The notes beneath the pieces are model-generated. The model was not told the DNA's origin, ran no database searches, and was given only the letters and a program-made list of their open reading frames with translations. The position numbers were made by a program, and so were the translations under genes. This document shows positions 38,943 through 48,632 of a DNA stretch of 64,000 nucleotides, one piece after another. Numbering within the stretch: the stretch's first letter is position 1; each line of letters opens with the position of its first letter. The DNA is from Candidatus Daviesbacteria bacterium (GTDB lineage Bacteria; Patescibacteriota; Microgenomatia; Daviesbacterales; UBA10151). Location: positions 674,634 to 738,633 of the forward strand of contig JAQTZF010000001.1 in the NCBI GenBank assembly GCA_028687915.1. Reading direction: 5' to 3'.

Positions 38943-40211
38943 TTATTTTACCATTTCAGACCTAATTATTTCTTCTAACCCCTTAACTCCTCCAAAAGAG
39001 ATCCTATCAGGCATAAGATCCTGTGTTTCCATCATGGTAGCAGGGGTAATAATAAAATCTCCCCATCTTTCATTGATATTATCCATAGCTTTAACCAAAT
39101 TGTTTTTTACTTTTAAATCTTCAAATAAACTCATTTGAGTAAAAGTATCTTTTTGTAAATTAAAACAAGATACTGCTAGCTCACGGACAGATTTTTGATT
39201 TGGACATTTAAGCAATAAATTAAAAATAATTCTGTAGATATCCCTGGAATCAAATAAAAAATTAGGAGAAGATATTCCCTGATGCCAATAATCAAAATCA
39301 CGATAAAGTATAGATAAATGTACACCTCTGGCTCTAAAACCAGCCTGTCTCATTCTAAAACCCATCTTTTCTACTAATTTTTGTAAAATAGGGGCTAATT
39401 CTTCCGGGGTAACCAATGGTTTAGGTAAGGCAAAAGAATTACCAAAACTACCACGCTTACTAAGCGTTTCATCAATTTCCCAGCCATGTAATCTGCACCA
39501 CCAATAATATCCGGTAATTGATTTAAAAGCTGCTTTTAATTTCCAGATGGGGGAGTTAAAAAAATCTAAAACAGTATAAATACCCATGTTGTTTAATCTG
39601 GCAGCATTTTTGGCTTTTATTCCACAAAGATCTACTAATTTAAGGCTTTTAAAGATTTCCAAATAATTACTTTTATCAATTACATCCAAACCATCTGGTT
39701 TATGTAATCCTGCTGCAGTTTTAGCTAAGAAACGGTTTGGGGCAATACCAACAGAAATAGTTAACCATTCACCAATCTCTTCCTTTATTCTTTGTTTTAT
39801 TTCTAAGCTTACCTCTTTTACACCCTTTTTAAGGGCTGGGGAAGTGGTTAAATCAAGAATAAATTCATCTATGGACTTGGGAGTTACTTTATCACTGTAA
39901 GCCTCTAAAACAGCTCTGAATTTAAGGTGAATATTTCTATACTTATTGGGATCAGGAAGTAGAACTATTAAATTTGGGCAAAGCATTTTAGCTTCTCTAA
40001 CCTTAAACCCTGTTTTAATACCTAACTTTTTAGCTTCCACAGAAGGGGCTAAGATACAGCCAGAAGGGCTATTATAAGCAGCCACAGCAATTGGTTTACC
40101 CCTAAGTCTGGGATTAGCTTGTTGTTCTATAGTAGCAAAACAGGAATTAAGATCCAGATGCATTATGGTGGGATCTTTTAAATTAAAAGAGGAGTTAATT
40201 GCATTCCCCAT
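38943..40211 (-). CDS. dinB: Y-family DNA polymerase IV
   Basis: HLDLNSCFATIEQ, SIDEFILD, SVGIAPNRFLAK. Confidence 0.93.
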   Translation of the reverse strand: MGNAINSSFNLKDPTIMHLDLNSCFATIEQQANPRLRGKPIAVAAYNSPSGCILAPSVEAKKLGIKTGFKVREAKMLCPNLIVLLPDPNKYRNIHLKFRAVLEAYSDKVTPKSIDEFILDLTTSPALKKGVKEVSLEIKQRIKEEIGEWLTISVGIAPNRFLAKTAAGLHKPDGLDVIDKSNYLEIFKSLKLVDLCGIKAKNAARLNNMGIYTVLDFFNSPIWKLKAAFKSITGYYWWCRLHGWEIDETLSKRGSFGNSFALPKPLVTPEELAPILQKLVEKMGFRMRQAGFRARGVHLSILYRDFDYWHQGISSPNFLFDSRDIYRIIFNLLLKCPNQKSVRELAVSCFNLQKDTFTQMSLFEDLKVKNNLVKAMDNINERWGDFIITPATMMETQDLMPDRISFGGVKGLEEIIRSEMVK

Positions 40212-40455
40212 CAGCAATTTCTTCCACACTCCAGTGTAAATTCTCAGTATTCATCACCAATTTAAAAAATAGAGTAGGGGTATCTATTGAAAAAACATGG
40301 TATAAGGTTTTACCCAGGTGATAGGTATGATGTAAGCCAATTTTAGTAACCTGGTAAGTTTTACTATCCCAATGGATATATTTAGGGTAGACAGACTTTC
40401 GCTTGTGATCATATACTAAGTTAACAGAAATAGGGGCATTAATTTTTTGAATCAT
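40195..40455 (-). CDS. Small protein co-transcribed upstream of dinB
   Basis: Overlaps the dinB start; beta-rich 86 aa. Confidence 0.75.
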   Translation of the reverse strand: MIQKINAPISVNLVYDHKRKSVYPKYIHWDSKTYQVTKIGLHHTYHLGKTLYHVFSIDTPTLFFKLVMNTENLHWSVEEIADGECN

Positions 40456-40465
40456 ATGTTTATTT

Positions 40466-40495
40466 AGACTACACCCAAAGAATACCCGAAGTCAA
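40466..40495 (-). promoter_or_regulatory. dinB-operon promoter containing a GGGT-N7-GGGT direct repeat
   Basis: TTGACT tcGGGTattctttGGGTg TAGTCT. Confidence 0.55.
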
Positions 40496-40536
40496 TAGTT
40501 GGAATTTTGCTTTTAATTCGGATATAATTAGCCTTC

Positions 40537-40788
40537 ATGGAAATAAATAACTGCGGACTTGAGATAAAAATAGGAGAACCTGTAAAAACTATATTAGGTT
40601 CTGAGTTAGAACTAACTTACTCATGCAATAAATGTGAAGTTCTTATCACACGAAATATTCCTTTTGATATTCCTGCATCCAGGCTTAAGAAGTATTTAGA
40701 TGATAAGGAAAGTATGCTATATACAATGATAAGAGATGCTTCTGTAAAAACATACTTAGATTCATGTACTAAACAGGGATGTAGTTAA
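40537..40788 (+). CDS. Small Cys-rich ORFan
   Basis: Leaderless start after TATAAT; CNKC. Confidence 0.55.
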   Translation: MEINNCGLEIKIGEPVKTILGSELELTYSCNKCEVLITRNIPFDIPASRLKKYLDDKESMLYTMIRDASVKTYLDSCTKQGCS

Positions 40789-40867
40789 GGAAAGTATGCT
40801 ATATACAATGATAAGAGATGCTTCTGTAAAAACATACTTAGATTCATGTACTAAACAGGGATGTAGT
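40704..40867 (+). repeat. Perfect 82-bp tandem duplication
   Basis: 40704-40785 is identical to 40786-40867. Confidence 0.95.
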
Positions 40868-40908
40868 TTTAGAACAAATTAACTTTGTCTGTTATAATAC
40901 ATAATATT

Positions 40909-40980
40909 GCGGGTGTAATTCACCGGTAGAATGTCACTTTTCCAAAGTGAACGCAAGGGGTTCGACTCCCCTCACCCGCT
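40909..40980 (+). tRNA. tRNA-Gly(TCC)
   Basis: GCGGGTG acceptor, TCACT/AGTGA stem with loop TTTCCAA. Confidence 0.95.
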
Positions 40981-40985
40981 CACAA

Positions 40986-41017
40986 CAAAAGTCCCCACCT
41001 TGCGTGGGGCTTTTTTG
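40986..41017 (+). terminator. Intrinsic terminator after tRNA-Gly
   Basis: CCCCAC/GTGGGG stem followed by a T-run. Confidence 0.8.
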
Positions 41018-41066
41018 TGACTGGATGTGATAGGAAAAGAATTATGCGCTCTACGCAGTAGGAATC

Positions 41067-41203
41067 AGGTTCGAAGACCGCAGGTCGCAAGGTTCTCCGA
41101 TCAGATTGGAGGTTCTTAAGACCTGGTCGCAAGGTTCTTTCGCAAAGCGAAAGGTTCTTACTCCCCTTATAAGTCTGAGCGAAGTCGAAGACCTCACCCG
41201 CTC
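41067..41203 (+). repeat. Degenerate tRNA-Gly 3' copy interleaved with AGGTTC repeats and palindromic inserts
   Basis: AGGTTC x5, GGTCGCAAGGTTCT x2, ACTCCCCT (41160-41167), CTCACCCGCTC (41193-41203). Confidence 0.75.
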
Positions 41204-41208
41204 TCAAA

Positions 41209-42669
41209 TTAAATACTGGAAACACGCTCTAAAAGGTCTTCTGACCAAACATCAAAGTAATTTTCAGGTAATATTAATGCTCTGCTTGGTTGTAACTCCT
41301 GGATAAATTCTTCTGTGTGAGACACAATAAGTAAAGCTCCTTTATATTCCTTTAAAACCTGTAGAATAATTCTTTGAGACATCATATCTAAATAGGTAGT
41401 TGGTTCATCAAGTATTAAAAGATTGTAATCTTGAAGTAGCAGTAAGGCTATTGAAAGCCTGGTTTTTTCACCCCCGGATAAAGTTCCTATTTTTTGATAG
41501 ACCTTACTGGCAGGAAATAGAAAGCTGGCAAGCAGGGGACGGGCAACACTCTCTGGCTGATGGCTTAAACTCATGGCTGTTTCCAAAAGATTTTTATCAA
41601 AATCTAAATTCTCAAATTCCTGTGAGTAATAACCAACCTTTAAGTTAGACTCTCTTAGTATTTCACCCTCATTGGGTTCCAATAACCCCATAAGGATCTT
41701 AATAAAGGTACTTTTACCAACACCATTAGGACCTATAAGTGCCACACATTCTCCACGTTCAATAGATAAATTAATCCCCTTTAAGATTTCTTTTTCCCCA
41801 TAAGATTTAGAAATATTAAGAGCTTTGATTGGTAAAGCTCCAACTGTTGCTGGTTCTGGCAGCCTAAATCTAATTGCCCTTACTTCCGGAGGTAAATCTG
41901 GCAGCTTTTCCTTTAATTTATGAACCCTTTTTTGTAAATTTATCCTTTGTTTAACTCCCATTCCTTTAGCACTTTCTTCCAACCTGGAAATATTTCTTTG
42001 TTCAACATGAACTTGTTTAATAAGAGTTGCTTCTTTTTCTGCCCTTTGTTCCAAAGCCTGAGTATAATTTCCTCTGTATTCTTCAATCTTATGTAACTCC
42101 GAATTAACAAATAAAATCTTATTAATGTGTTTATCTAATAACTCTAAATCATGGGAAATCAGGATTAGTGTTTTTGGGTAATTGCTTAAAAAGCCCATTA
42201 CCCATTTTTTACCGGCTGTATCCAAAAAGTTAGTAGGTTCATCAAGTAATAATGTATCTGGCTCTGCTAAAAGTGCTCTGGCAAGGGCTAATCTGGTTTT
42301 TTGTCCACCGCTTAAATCTTTTGGTGAAGCTTCCATATCAAGGTCACTAAGTTCCACTCCGCTAATCATTTTATATAATTCATAATCTTGTTTTGTATGA
42401 TCTGGATTAAGATATTCACGAATTGTGGCAGAGGCTTCCATGATAGGATCATGTTTTACTTCCTGGGGAACAATACCAATTGTGCCTGTAATTTCAATTT
42501 TTCCATTCTGAGGGATCTCTTGTTTACAGAGGATTTTAAGCAAGGTGCTTTTGCCGGCACCATTATGTCCAATTAAACCAACCTTTTGTCCGTCAGTTAT
42601 TGTAAACTCAGCATCTTCAAAAATATGATGTGAGTTATGGGAAAACGATAAATTATGTACGCTAATCAT
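41209..42669 (-). CDS. ABC-F family ATPase
   Basis: Two NBDs (GHNGAGKS, GPNGVGKS; LSGG; LDEPT), no TM helices; start moved to MISVH after TATAAT. Confidence 0.92.
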   Translation of the reverse strand: MISVHNLSFSHNSHHIFEDAEFTITDGQKVGLIGHNGAGKSTLLKILCKQEIPQNGKIEITGTIGIVPQEVKHDPIMEASATIREYLNPDHTKQDYELYKMISGVELSDLDMEASPKDLSGGQKTRLALARALLAEPDTLLLDEPTNFLDTAGKKWVMGFLSNYPKTLILISHDLELLDKHINKILFVNSELHKIEEYRGNYTQALEQRAEKEATLIKQVHVEQRNISRLEESAKGMGVKQRINLQKRVHKLKEKLPDLPPEVRAIRFRLPEPATVGALPIKALNISKSYGEKEILKGINLSIERGECVALIGPNGVGKSTFIKILMGLLEPNEGEILRESNLKVGYYSQEFENLDFDKNLLETAMSLSHQPESVARPLLASFLFPASKVYQKIGTLSGGEKTRLSIALLLLQDYNLLILDEPTTYLDMMSQRIILQVLKEYKGALLIVSHTEEFIQELQPSRALILPENYFDVWSEDLLERVSSI

Positions 42670-42734
42670 CTGCGTATTATACAGGAAATTAGCTTCTTGC
42701 GCATTTTTATTGAATAAATGGTACAATACACACT

Positions 42735-43337
42735 ATGGGAAATTTTAATCGTGGTAGCAGATCAGGCGGAGACAGAAATTATGGCAGACCTAGCTTTAGT
42801 AACAGAGGTTCTGACAGACAAGTAGAGATGCATCAGGCAGTTTGTGCAAAGTGTGGAAAAAATTGCGAAATTCCTTTTAGACCAACTAATGACAGACCTG
42901 TCTATTGTTCAAGCTGTTTTGAAAATAACAGAAATTCAGATTCCAGATCAGAAGGCAGAAACTTTGATAGATCTTCTAATTTTGAAGACAGAGAGATGTT
43001 TACAGCTACTTGTGCAGATTGTGGTGCCAGCTGCCAGGTTCCTTTTAAACCAACCAATGGTAAGCCTGTTTTTTGCAGCAATTGTTTTGGTGACAAAAAA
43101 GAAGGAAGAGGTAATAGAAGAGAACAATCAAATTCACAGCCTATGGACAATAAGCAACTAGAGCAGATAAACAGCAAATTAGACAAGATTTTAGCAATTC
43201 TAGCTCCAGGTACAGCTTCAAAAGAAGCTTTGGAAGAAATAGCAGAAGAAATTCAGGATGAAGTTACAGAAGAATTACCAGAAGAGGTTGTTGAAGAAGA
43301 AGTAAAAACTCCTAAGAAAAAAGCTTCAAAGAAATAA
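42735..43337 (+). CDS. Tandem CxxC-x17-CxxC Zn-ribbon protein
   Basis: Two copies of M..A.C..CG..C..PF.P....PV.C..CF. Confidence 0.9.
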   Translation: MGNFNRGSRSGGDRNYGRPSFSNRGSDRQVEMHQAVCAKCGKNCEIPFRPTNDRPVYCSSCFENNRNSDSRSEGRNFDRSSNFEDREMFTATCADCGASCQVPFKPTNGKPVFCSNCFGDKKEGRGNRREQSNSQPMDNKQLEQINSKLDKILAILAPGTASKEALEEIAEEIQDEVTEELPEEVVEEEVKTPKKKASKK

Positions 43338-43342
43338 TTCCT

Positions 43343-43993
43343 TTAAAATCCTTTTAATTTAGCCAAAACTGTTAACCTTTTTGTATTTAGTCCAGGTGGA
43401 ACACAAGTCATAAGAGTTAAGTACCTGCCTGCTTCATCAGGAGGATTTATTACCCATGTTTCCATTGGATTGACTATAGTTAATCCTTTAACAATATATT
43501 CAAATTTTTGCCCGCCTGCAGTAACTACTATTAAATCTCCTTTTTTAATATCAGGTAATTTGGAAAATATAGCTTTATAGTTATCTTGTCTAAAAAATTG
43601 TGGTAGGGAGGAATGACCAGAAATAAACACATTACCTTTTTCACCAGGTAAAGCAGAGCCTGGTAAATGAGATAAATGATTGTCAAAAGTATTGCTGTCA
43701 ACAAATACCTCTGCCCCTTCAAGCTTAATACTGGGAATTGCAATGTTAAAAGTTTCATAGGAAGCAGGTGTAGCTCTTTTATTGTTTGAAGTAATTACAG
43801 GGAAATTATTCCTGGTTTCCACAGAAACCCCTAAAACACTTTTTGAATCTGAAGTAGGGCTTACCAGGGTAATATTTTGTTGAGAATATACAAATGTTTC
43901 CCAAATTTTAAAGGAAATAAGAGGCATAAGTACCTGAACAAGCACAAAAACACCTATTCCCAGCATAAACAAAGGGATAAACCTATGGAGCAT
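43343..43993 (-). CDS. Sortase family protein
   Basis: PGEKGNVFISGHS, TLMTC...RL. Confidence 0.9.
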   Translation of the reverse strand: MLHRFIPLFMLGIGVFVLVQVLMPLISFKIWETFVYSQQNITLVSPTSDSKSVLGVSVETRNNFPVITSNNKRATPASYETFNIAIPSIKLEGAEVFVDSNTFDNHLSHLPGSALPGEKGNVFISGHSSLPQFFRQDNYKAIFSKLPDIKKGDLIVVTAGGQKFEYIVKGLTIVNPMETWVINPPDEAGRYLTLMTCVPPGLNTKRLTVLAKLKGF

Positions 43994-44048
43994 ATATTAA
44001 TATTAGACTAAATTGAAGCTCCAAAGCAAGTATTGAAGGAGTTAGTTT

Positions 44049-44570
44049 TTAGAAGAGTGGGAGGCCTTTATAGTTTCTACTGCCTCTATAATATGCATTA
44101 GATACGACCAAAGGCACCTCTTTTTTATCGCTACCAATTCCATATACCCAAAAAGCGTCTCCGTTAAGGATTTTTATCCTAGTTTTAGGGTTTATAACAG
44201 TTGAACAGACATCCAAAAAAGAATGGTCTTCCGGAGCCCAGGCATATTTCCAGTAGTCTAGTTTTTGCAGTCGTTCAGGTTCTATTTGGTTGGTATCAGC
44301 ATGAATAACTCTGATTGTTTGCCAGCCAAACCTTGTTAAGGCCATTACTTTTTGTAAATAGTTTCTTACTGTTAAAGCGTTTCTATCTCCACTGATAAAA
44401 GCACCATTAAAGTCTTCTGGGAATGGTTGTTTTTTCCAGGTCCAACCAAAGCTTGGTTTAGACTCTCCTGTGGCTAATCTGGTAGGGAATTCACAAATAA
44501 TTCTGCCTGCATAGTCAAATAAAGACCTTGGTTCAGAATGATACTTCAAAAAGTTATGTGGCATTTCCAT
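44049..44570 (-). CDS. ORFan
   Basis: Start moved to MEMPH, 7 nt after TATAAT. Confidence 0.6.
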   Translation of the reverse strand: MEMPHNFLKYHSEPRSLFDYAGRIICEFPTRLATGESKPSFGWTWKKQPFPEDFNGAFISGDRNALTVRNYLQKVMALTRFGWQTIRVIHADTNQIEPERLQKLDYWKYAWAPEDHSFLDVCSTVINPKTRIKILNGDAFWVYGIGSDKKEVPLVVSNAYYRGSRNYKGLPLF

Positions 44571-44577
44571 ATAGCTT

Positions 44578-44613
44578 ATTATAGCAATCTTTTGAATTAA
44601 AATCAACCTATAG
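44578..44613 (-). promoter_or_regulatory. CYATAG-box promoter
   Basis: CTATAGg TTGATT-17-TATAAT. Confidence 0.65.
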
Positions 44614-44658
44614 TAATTATTACTCCTGAATCTGTTATAATCCACCTAAATATTTTAT

Positions 44659-45633
44659 ATGGAAGCTTCGAAATTAAGAGTTGAGAGATATAAAGACATT
44701 GCGGATGAAAAATTCCGTAACTACCTTACCTCTTTTGATGAGTTCTTAGACGATAAACTGAATGGTAATCCTATAGCTTTGGAAAGTTTTTGTAGACACC
44801 CTTATACAGAACAATTACGACTGAAGTCTAAAGATGTTAGTAGAATTGTAACTTATTGTACTAATAGCAGGGTTTTGGATATACAAAAGATTCCGGATTC
44901 TCTTGGCAGAGAAAGGATTAATGGATTTGATAAGGAAAATTGTTTGGCTTTTGCCAGCATTGCCCATGTTGTTTATCTTAAGTTTAGTCCGGATTCAAAG
45001 TATCCAGGTTTGAAGGCAAATATGAATGTACCATGGTCAGATATTCCATGGAAAGAAATGGTTTATGAGGCTAAGGAGAAGTTGGGTAGCAACCCTTTAT
45101 CTGAGCGGATTCATATATTAGATCAACAACCAAGACTTGAGAATGATAAGGATAAACATACCGCTGAACAGCCAGAAACAAATAGTGAGTATTCACCAAG
45201 AGTAAGTATAAAAAAGAAGGAGAAGATATATAGTAATAAACCAAAATTTCTTAGATTTGATGAGGTAGAAATAAGAGAAAAACTACTTACTGCCGACCTG
45301 GGATTGGAAGAAATAGCAGCTCTGTATAAAAGTATTCCTGGGAATCAAGTTGATAGCATTAGCACCCAAAAACACAATATATCACCTGAATTAATTACAG
45401 CTGTTATGTTTATTTATCATGCAAATGCCCATACTCTGGAAAAATTTGATCCTGAAGAAACCTTATATTTTTCTCGTGACTTTCATAAAGCTTTAGAAAC
45501 ATCACTTATGATACTTAATCACTATAAAAAGCTTGGAAACGATGATTTTACTACCTTGGAAAAAGTTTTTTCAAAACTGTTTTTAATTATTGAAAAGAAC
45601 CCTGATAAATATACTACTCCAACCACAAAATAA
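44659..45633 (+). CDS. ORFan (324 aa)
   Basis: Long ORF divergent from the same CTATAG site. Confidence 0.7.
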   Translation: MEASKLRVERYKDIADEKFRNYLTSFDEFLDDKLNGNPIALESFCRHPYTEQLRLKSKDVSRIVTYCTNSRVLDIQKIPDSLGRERINGFDKENCLAFASIAHVVYLKFSPDSKYPGLKANMNVPWSDIPWKEMVYEAKEKLGSNPLSERIHILDQQPRLENDKDKHTAEQPETNSEYSPRVSIKKKEKIYSNKPKFLRFDEVEIREKLLTADLGLEEIAALYKSIPGNQVDSISTQKHNISPELITAVMFIYHANAHTLEKFDPEETLYFSRDFHKALETSLMILNHYKKLGNDDFTTLEKVFSKLFLIIEKNPDKYTTPTTK

Positions 45634-45635
45634 TT

Positions 45636-47069
45636 TTAGAGTATTTCTTCCGGCATATAAGCTGCAGCCTCTGGGTATTTCTTGATAATTGGTTCAACTT
45701 TATTAATAAAATCAGTAATTTGCTTTGGAGCACTACCTACAAATTCCATTGGGTTAGAGAGAGCTTTTTCCAGTTTTTCCTTAGGTACTCCAAAATCAGG
45801 ATCCTCTGCTAATCTGTCTAATAAATCATTACCAGTTGAACCTTTTTCTCTCATTTCCAGTGCTACTTTTTTAGCATGTTTTTGAATTATCTTGTAAGCC
45901 TCTTCTCTTGGAGCACCATCTTGTACAGCAACCATTAATAATCTGGTTGTGGTTAAGAAGGGGAGAATCCTGTCGTATTCCTTTTTAATTACTGCCGGAT
46001 AAAATCCACATTCATCACAGATAGTTAACATAGCCTGAAAAATACCATCTGTGGTAAAAAAAGCATCAGGGAGGGCAACTCGTCTTGTTGATGAATCACT
46101 GACATCTCCACCATACCATTGTTCTCCGGTTATACTTTGAATCATATTTACATGTCCACCTAGAACATTCTTTAATCCTCTAATTCTTTCTGATGTGCGG
46201 GAGTTCATTTTATGAGGCATAGCACTTGATCCAACCTGACCTTCCTTAAATCCTTCAGTGAATTGTTCATTACCTGCCATAAGTCTCATTGTAACGGCTA
46301 AGCTGGCTGGTCCTGAGACTAACTGGTAAAGAGTTGTAACCACATCATAATCTAATGACCTTGGGTAAACCTGTCCAACGCTTCCGAGAATTTTTTTAAA
46401 GCCTAATGACTCTGCTACGAGTTGCTCAAGGCCATCGACATTTTCCTGGCTGCCAAGCAGCTGGAGTTGGTCTGTTTGAGTTCCCATTGCTCCTTTTATT
46501 CCTCTTAAGGGATAATTTTCGATAGTTGTTTCCAATCTGTTAAGGCCTAATAATAAATCTTCACCTGCATCAGAGAACATTTTTCCAATTAAAGAGGGTT
46601 GGGCAACTGCATTATGAGTACGTCCTCCATAAATTAGTGTACTGTTTGTTGCTGCTAAGTCAGCAAATCGTGCTAAAGTAGCCACAACCCTGTCACGAAT
46701 CATTAGCATTGCTGCTTTGTTTAACATTTGTTCTACATTGTCTGACTGGTCTCTGGAAGTCATCCCCATATGAGCAAACTCAAAGCCCGCCAGATTATTT
46801 GCAGCCTCAAGTTTTGCTTTTTCATCATGGCGAAGTATTAATTCTCTTTCTCTGATCCAAGCTAAATCAACAATGTTCTGAGTATTTTCATAGGCTGCGA
46901 TTACATTATCAGGTATAGTTAATCCTCTGGATGCCTGACCTTTCATAACTGTGATCCAAAGGCCACGTTCACTGATTATTCTACCTTCGGGTGAAAAAAG
47001 CTTGATCATGGGGGTGCTGGCGTATCGGTCAGCCAAAACATTGGGTATAACAGGACGTTCGTTAGCCAT
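45636..47069 (-). CDS. purB: Adenylosuccinate lyase
   Basis: HMGMTSRD, RTH, GSSAMPHKMN signature. Confidence 0.95.
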   Translation of the reverse strand: MANERPVIPNVLADRYASTPMIKLFSPEGRIISERGLWITVMKGQASRGLTIPDNVIAAYENTQNIVDLAWIRERELILRHDEKAKLEAANNLAGFEFAHMGMTSRDQSDNVEQMLNKAAMLMIRDRVVATLARFADLAATNSTLIYGGRTHNAVAQPSLIGKMFSDAGEDLLLGLNRLETTIENYPLRGIKGAMGTQTDQLQLLGSQENVDGLEQLVAESLGFKKILGSVGQVYPRSLDYDVVTTLYQLVSGPASLAVTMRLMAGNEQFTEGFKEGQVGSSAMPHKMNSRTSERIRGLKNVLGGHVNMIQSITGEQWYGGDVSDSSTRRVALPDAFFTTDGIFQAMLTICDECGFYPAVIKKEYDRILPFLTTTRLLMVAVQDGAPREEAYKIIQKHAKKVALEMREKGSTGNDLLDRLAEDPDFGVPKEKLEKALSNPMEFVGSAPKQITDFINKVEPIIKKYPEAAAYMPEEIL

Positions 47070-47139
47070 AAGCTAGTTGAATATATTATTTAGCAACATT
47101 TTAGTCAATAGTTGATTGCTTTATGCTATTATTACCACT

Positions 47140-47862
47140 ATGTTAATAGCAGAAATTGGTTTAAATCATAAAGGTAATGAAGAGAGAGCCTTTAAGATGC
47201 TTCAGCAGTTGGTTAAAGCAGATATCGATGCTGTAACTTTTCAGCTTCCAGAGCCAGAATTTTATTCAAATCTTAAGTTTAATATTAATCCCCTAAGTAA
47301 GGCTTTTTATAAAAAAGCCATTAACTTTATACATAAAAATAATAAACAAATTGGTTTTGCAATCAAAGATATGGATATGATTTCTTTTTTAGATGAAAAT
47401 AAGGCAGATTTTTGGAAAACATTAAGCACCTCTTTTAATGATAATGTTTTAATTGGAAAGTTGGAAAAAACTAAAAAACCTATCTTTATGTCTACTGGCT
47501 TATCTTCTGAAAAAGAGATTCAAATTATGGCTAGGAAGAGAAAAAATGTTAAATTTATACATACTCAACTTTCTCATGATATTAAGGATGTTAACTTGAA
47601 AGTTATTGATACTTTAAAAAAAATAACAAAAAAAGATATTGCTTTTGGTTTGCATTGCTCTAACTTAGATGCACTTTTACTATCAATAGCTTTTAGCCCT
47701 TCAGATATTTTCTTTTATGTTAAAGATAATGCAAGGGAAAAGTTTTTGGATCATGAGCATGCAGTAGTAATTAATCAACTTGATATAATCATTAAAAGGC
47801 TAAAAGAGTTAGAAGCATCTTTAGGAATAGGACACAAACAAAATATAGGAATAAAAATATAA
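47140..47862 (+). CDS. NeuB/N-acetylneuraminate synthase-like protein (no SAF domain)
   Basis: IAEIGLNHKG, MSTG, DHEHA. Confidence 0.75.
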   Translation: MLIAEIGLNHKGNEERAFKMLQQLVKADIDAVTFQLPEPEFYSNLKFNINPLSKAFYKKAINFIHKNNKQIGFAIKDMDMISFLDENKADFWKTLSTSFNDNVLIGKLEKTKKPIFMSTGLSSEKEIQIMARKRKNVKFIHTQLSHDIKDVNLKVIDTLKKITKKDIAFGLHCSNLDALLLSIAFSPSDIFFYVKDNAREKFLDHEHAVVINQLDIIIKRLKELEASLGIGHKQNIGIKI

Positions 47863-48425
47863 TGAATACATATAAATTAATCTTAAAAAGAAGAACAATT
47901 AGAAAATTTAGTAATAAAAAAATAAAACAGGCAGACCTTGTAGATTGTATTAATGCTGCTAGACTCGCACCCAGTTCTGCAAATTTACAGCCTTTAGAAT
48001 ATATTTTAGTCACCAAAAACCTGAACTTAGTTTTTGAGTGCACTCACTGGGCTGGTTATTTAAAAGATGGAGCACCAAAACATAATGAACACCCTAATGC
48101 TTATATATTTATCTTATCTAACACAGAAATTAGCAAACAAGCTAAATTTGATGTGGGATTGGCTGCACAAAATATAATTTTAACAGCCTTAGAAAGGGGT
48201 ATTGCTAGTTGTATTTTAGGCAATCTAGAAAGGGAAAAGTTATCTAAGATACTTTCCATACCAGAAAAATACTTTATAGAACTTGCAGTAGTTTTAGGTT
48301 ATCCAAAACAAATTTCCATAGAGGATAAGTTTAAAGGAGATGTGAAATATTGGTTAGATGAAAAGCAAGTATTACACGTTCCAAAGAAATCACTAAAAGA
48401 TATCATACACAAAGAAACATACTAG
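47862..48425 (+). CDS. Nitroreductase family protein
   Basis: RRTIRKF, APSSANLQP, LGYP. Confidence 0.9.
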   Translation: MNTYKLILKRRTIRKFSNKKIKQADLVDCINAARLAPSSANLQPLEYILVTKNLNLVFECTHWAGYLKDGAPKHNEHPNAYIFILSNTEISKQAKFDVGLAAQNIILTALERGIASCILGNLEREKLSKILSIPEKYFIELAVVLGYPKQISIEDKFKGDVKYWLDEKQVLHVPKKSLKDIIHKETY

Positions 48426-48613
48426 ATTAAACTTTTAGATTTTTGGCTAATTATTAAACTGTTTGGAAACCAATTATCTAAAGACTTTGTTTTATTTGAA
48501 ATTTTAGTTATATCCATTTTTGTATTATCAATTGGGGAAGTCCAGAGCATAAATAATTGTCCAAAGATTGATTTTTTAAGTACTTTTCTATATTTAGGAT
48601 TTAATCTATTCAT
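48422..48613 (-). CDS. Possible small protein downstream of a structured RNA
   Basis: AGGA upstream of ATG; no homology recognised. Confidence 0.35.
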   Translation of the reverse strand: MNRLNPKYRKVLKKSIFGQLFMLWTSPIDNTKMDITKISNKTKSLDNWFPNSLIISQKSKSLI

Positions 48614-48632
48614 CTAATTCCTGCTTTTAATT

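Noticed and set aside
41067-41160. CRISPR array
   Set aside because: Repeats are short and derived from the tRNA T-arm, spacers are only 13 nt and palindromic, and there are no cas genes in the window
40980-41306. ORFs 40980-41225 and 41106-41306
   Set aside because: Read-through of the repeat array and the ABC-F antisense strand; no protein-like features
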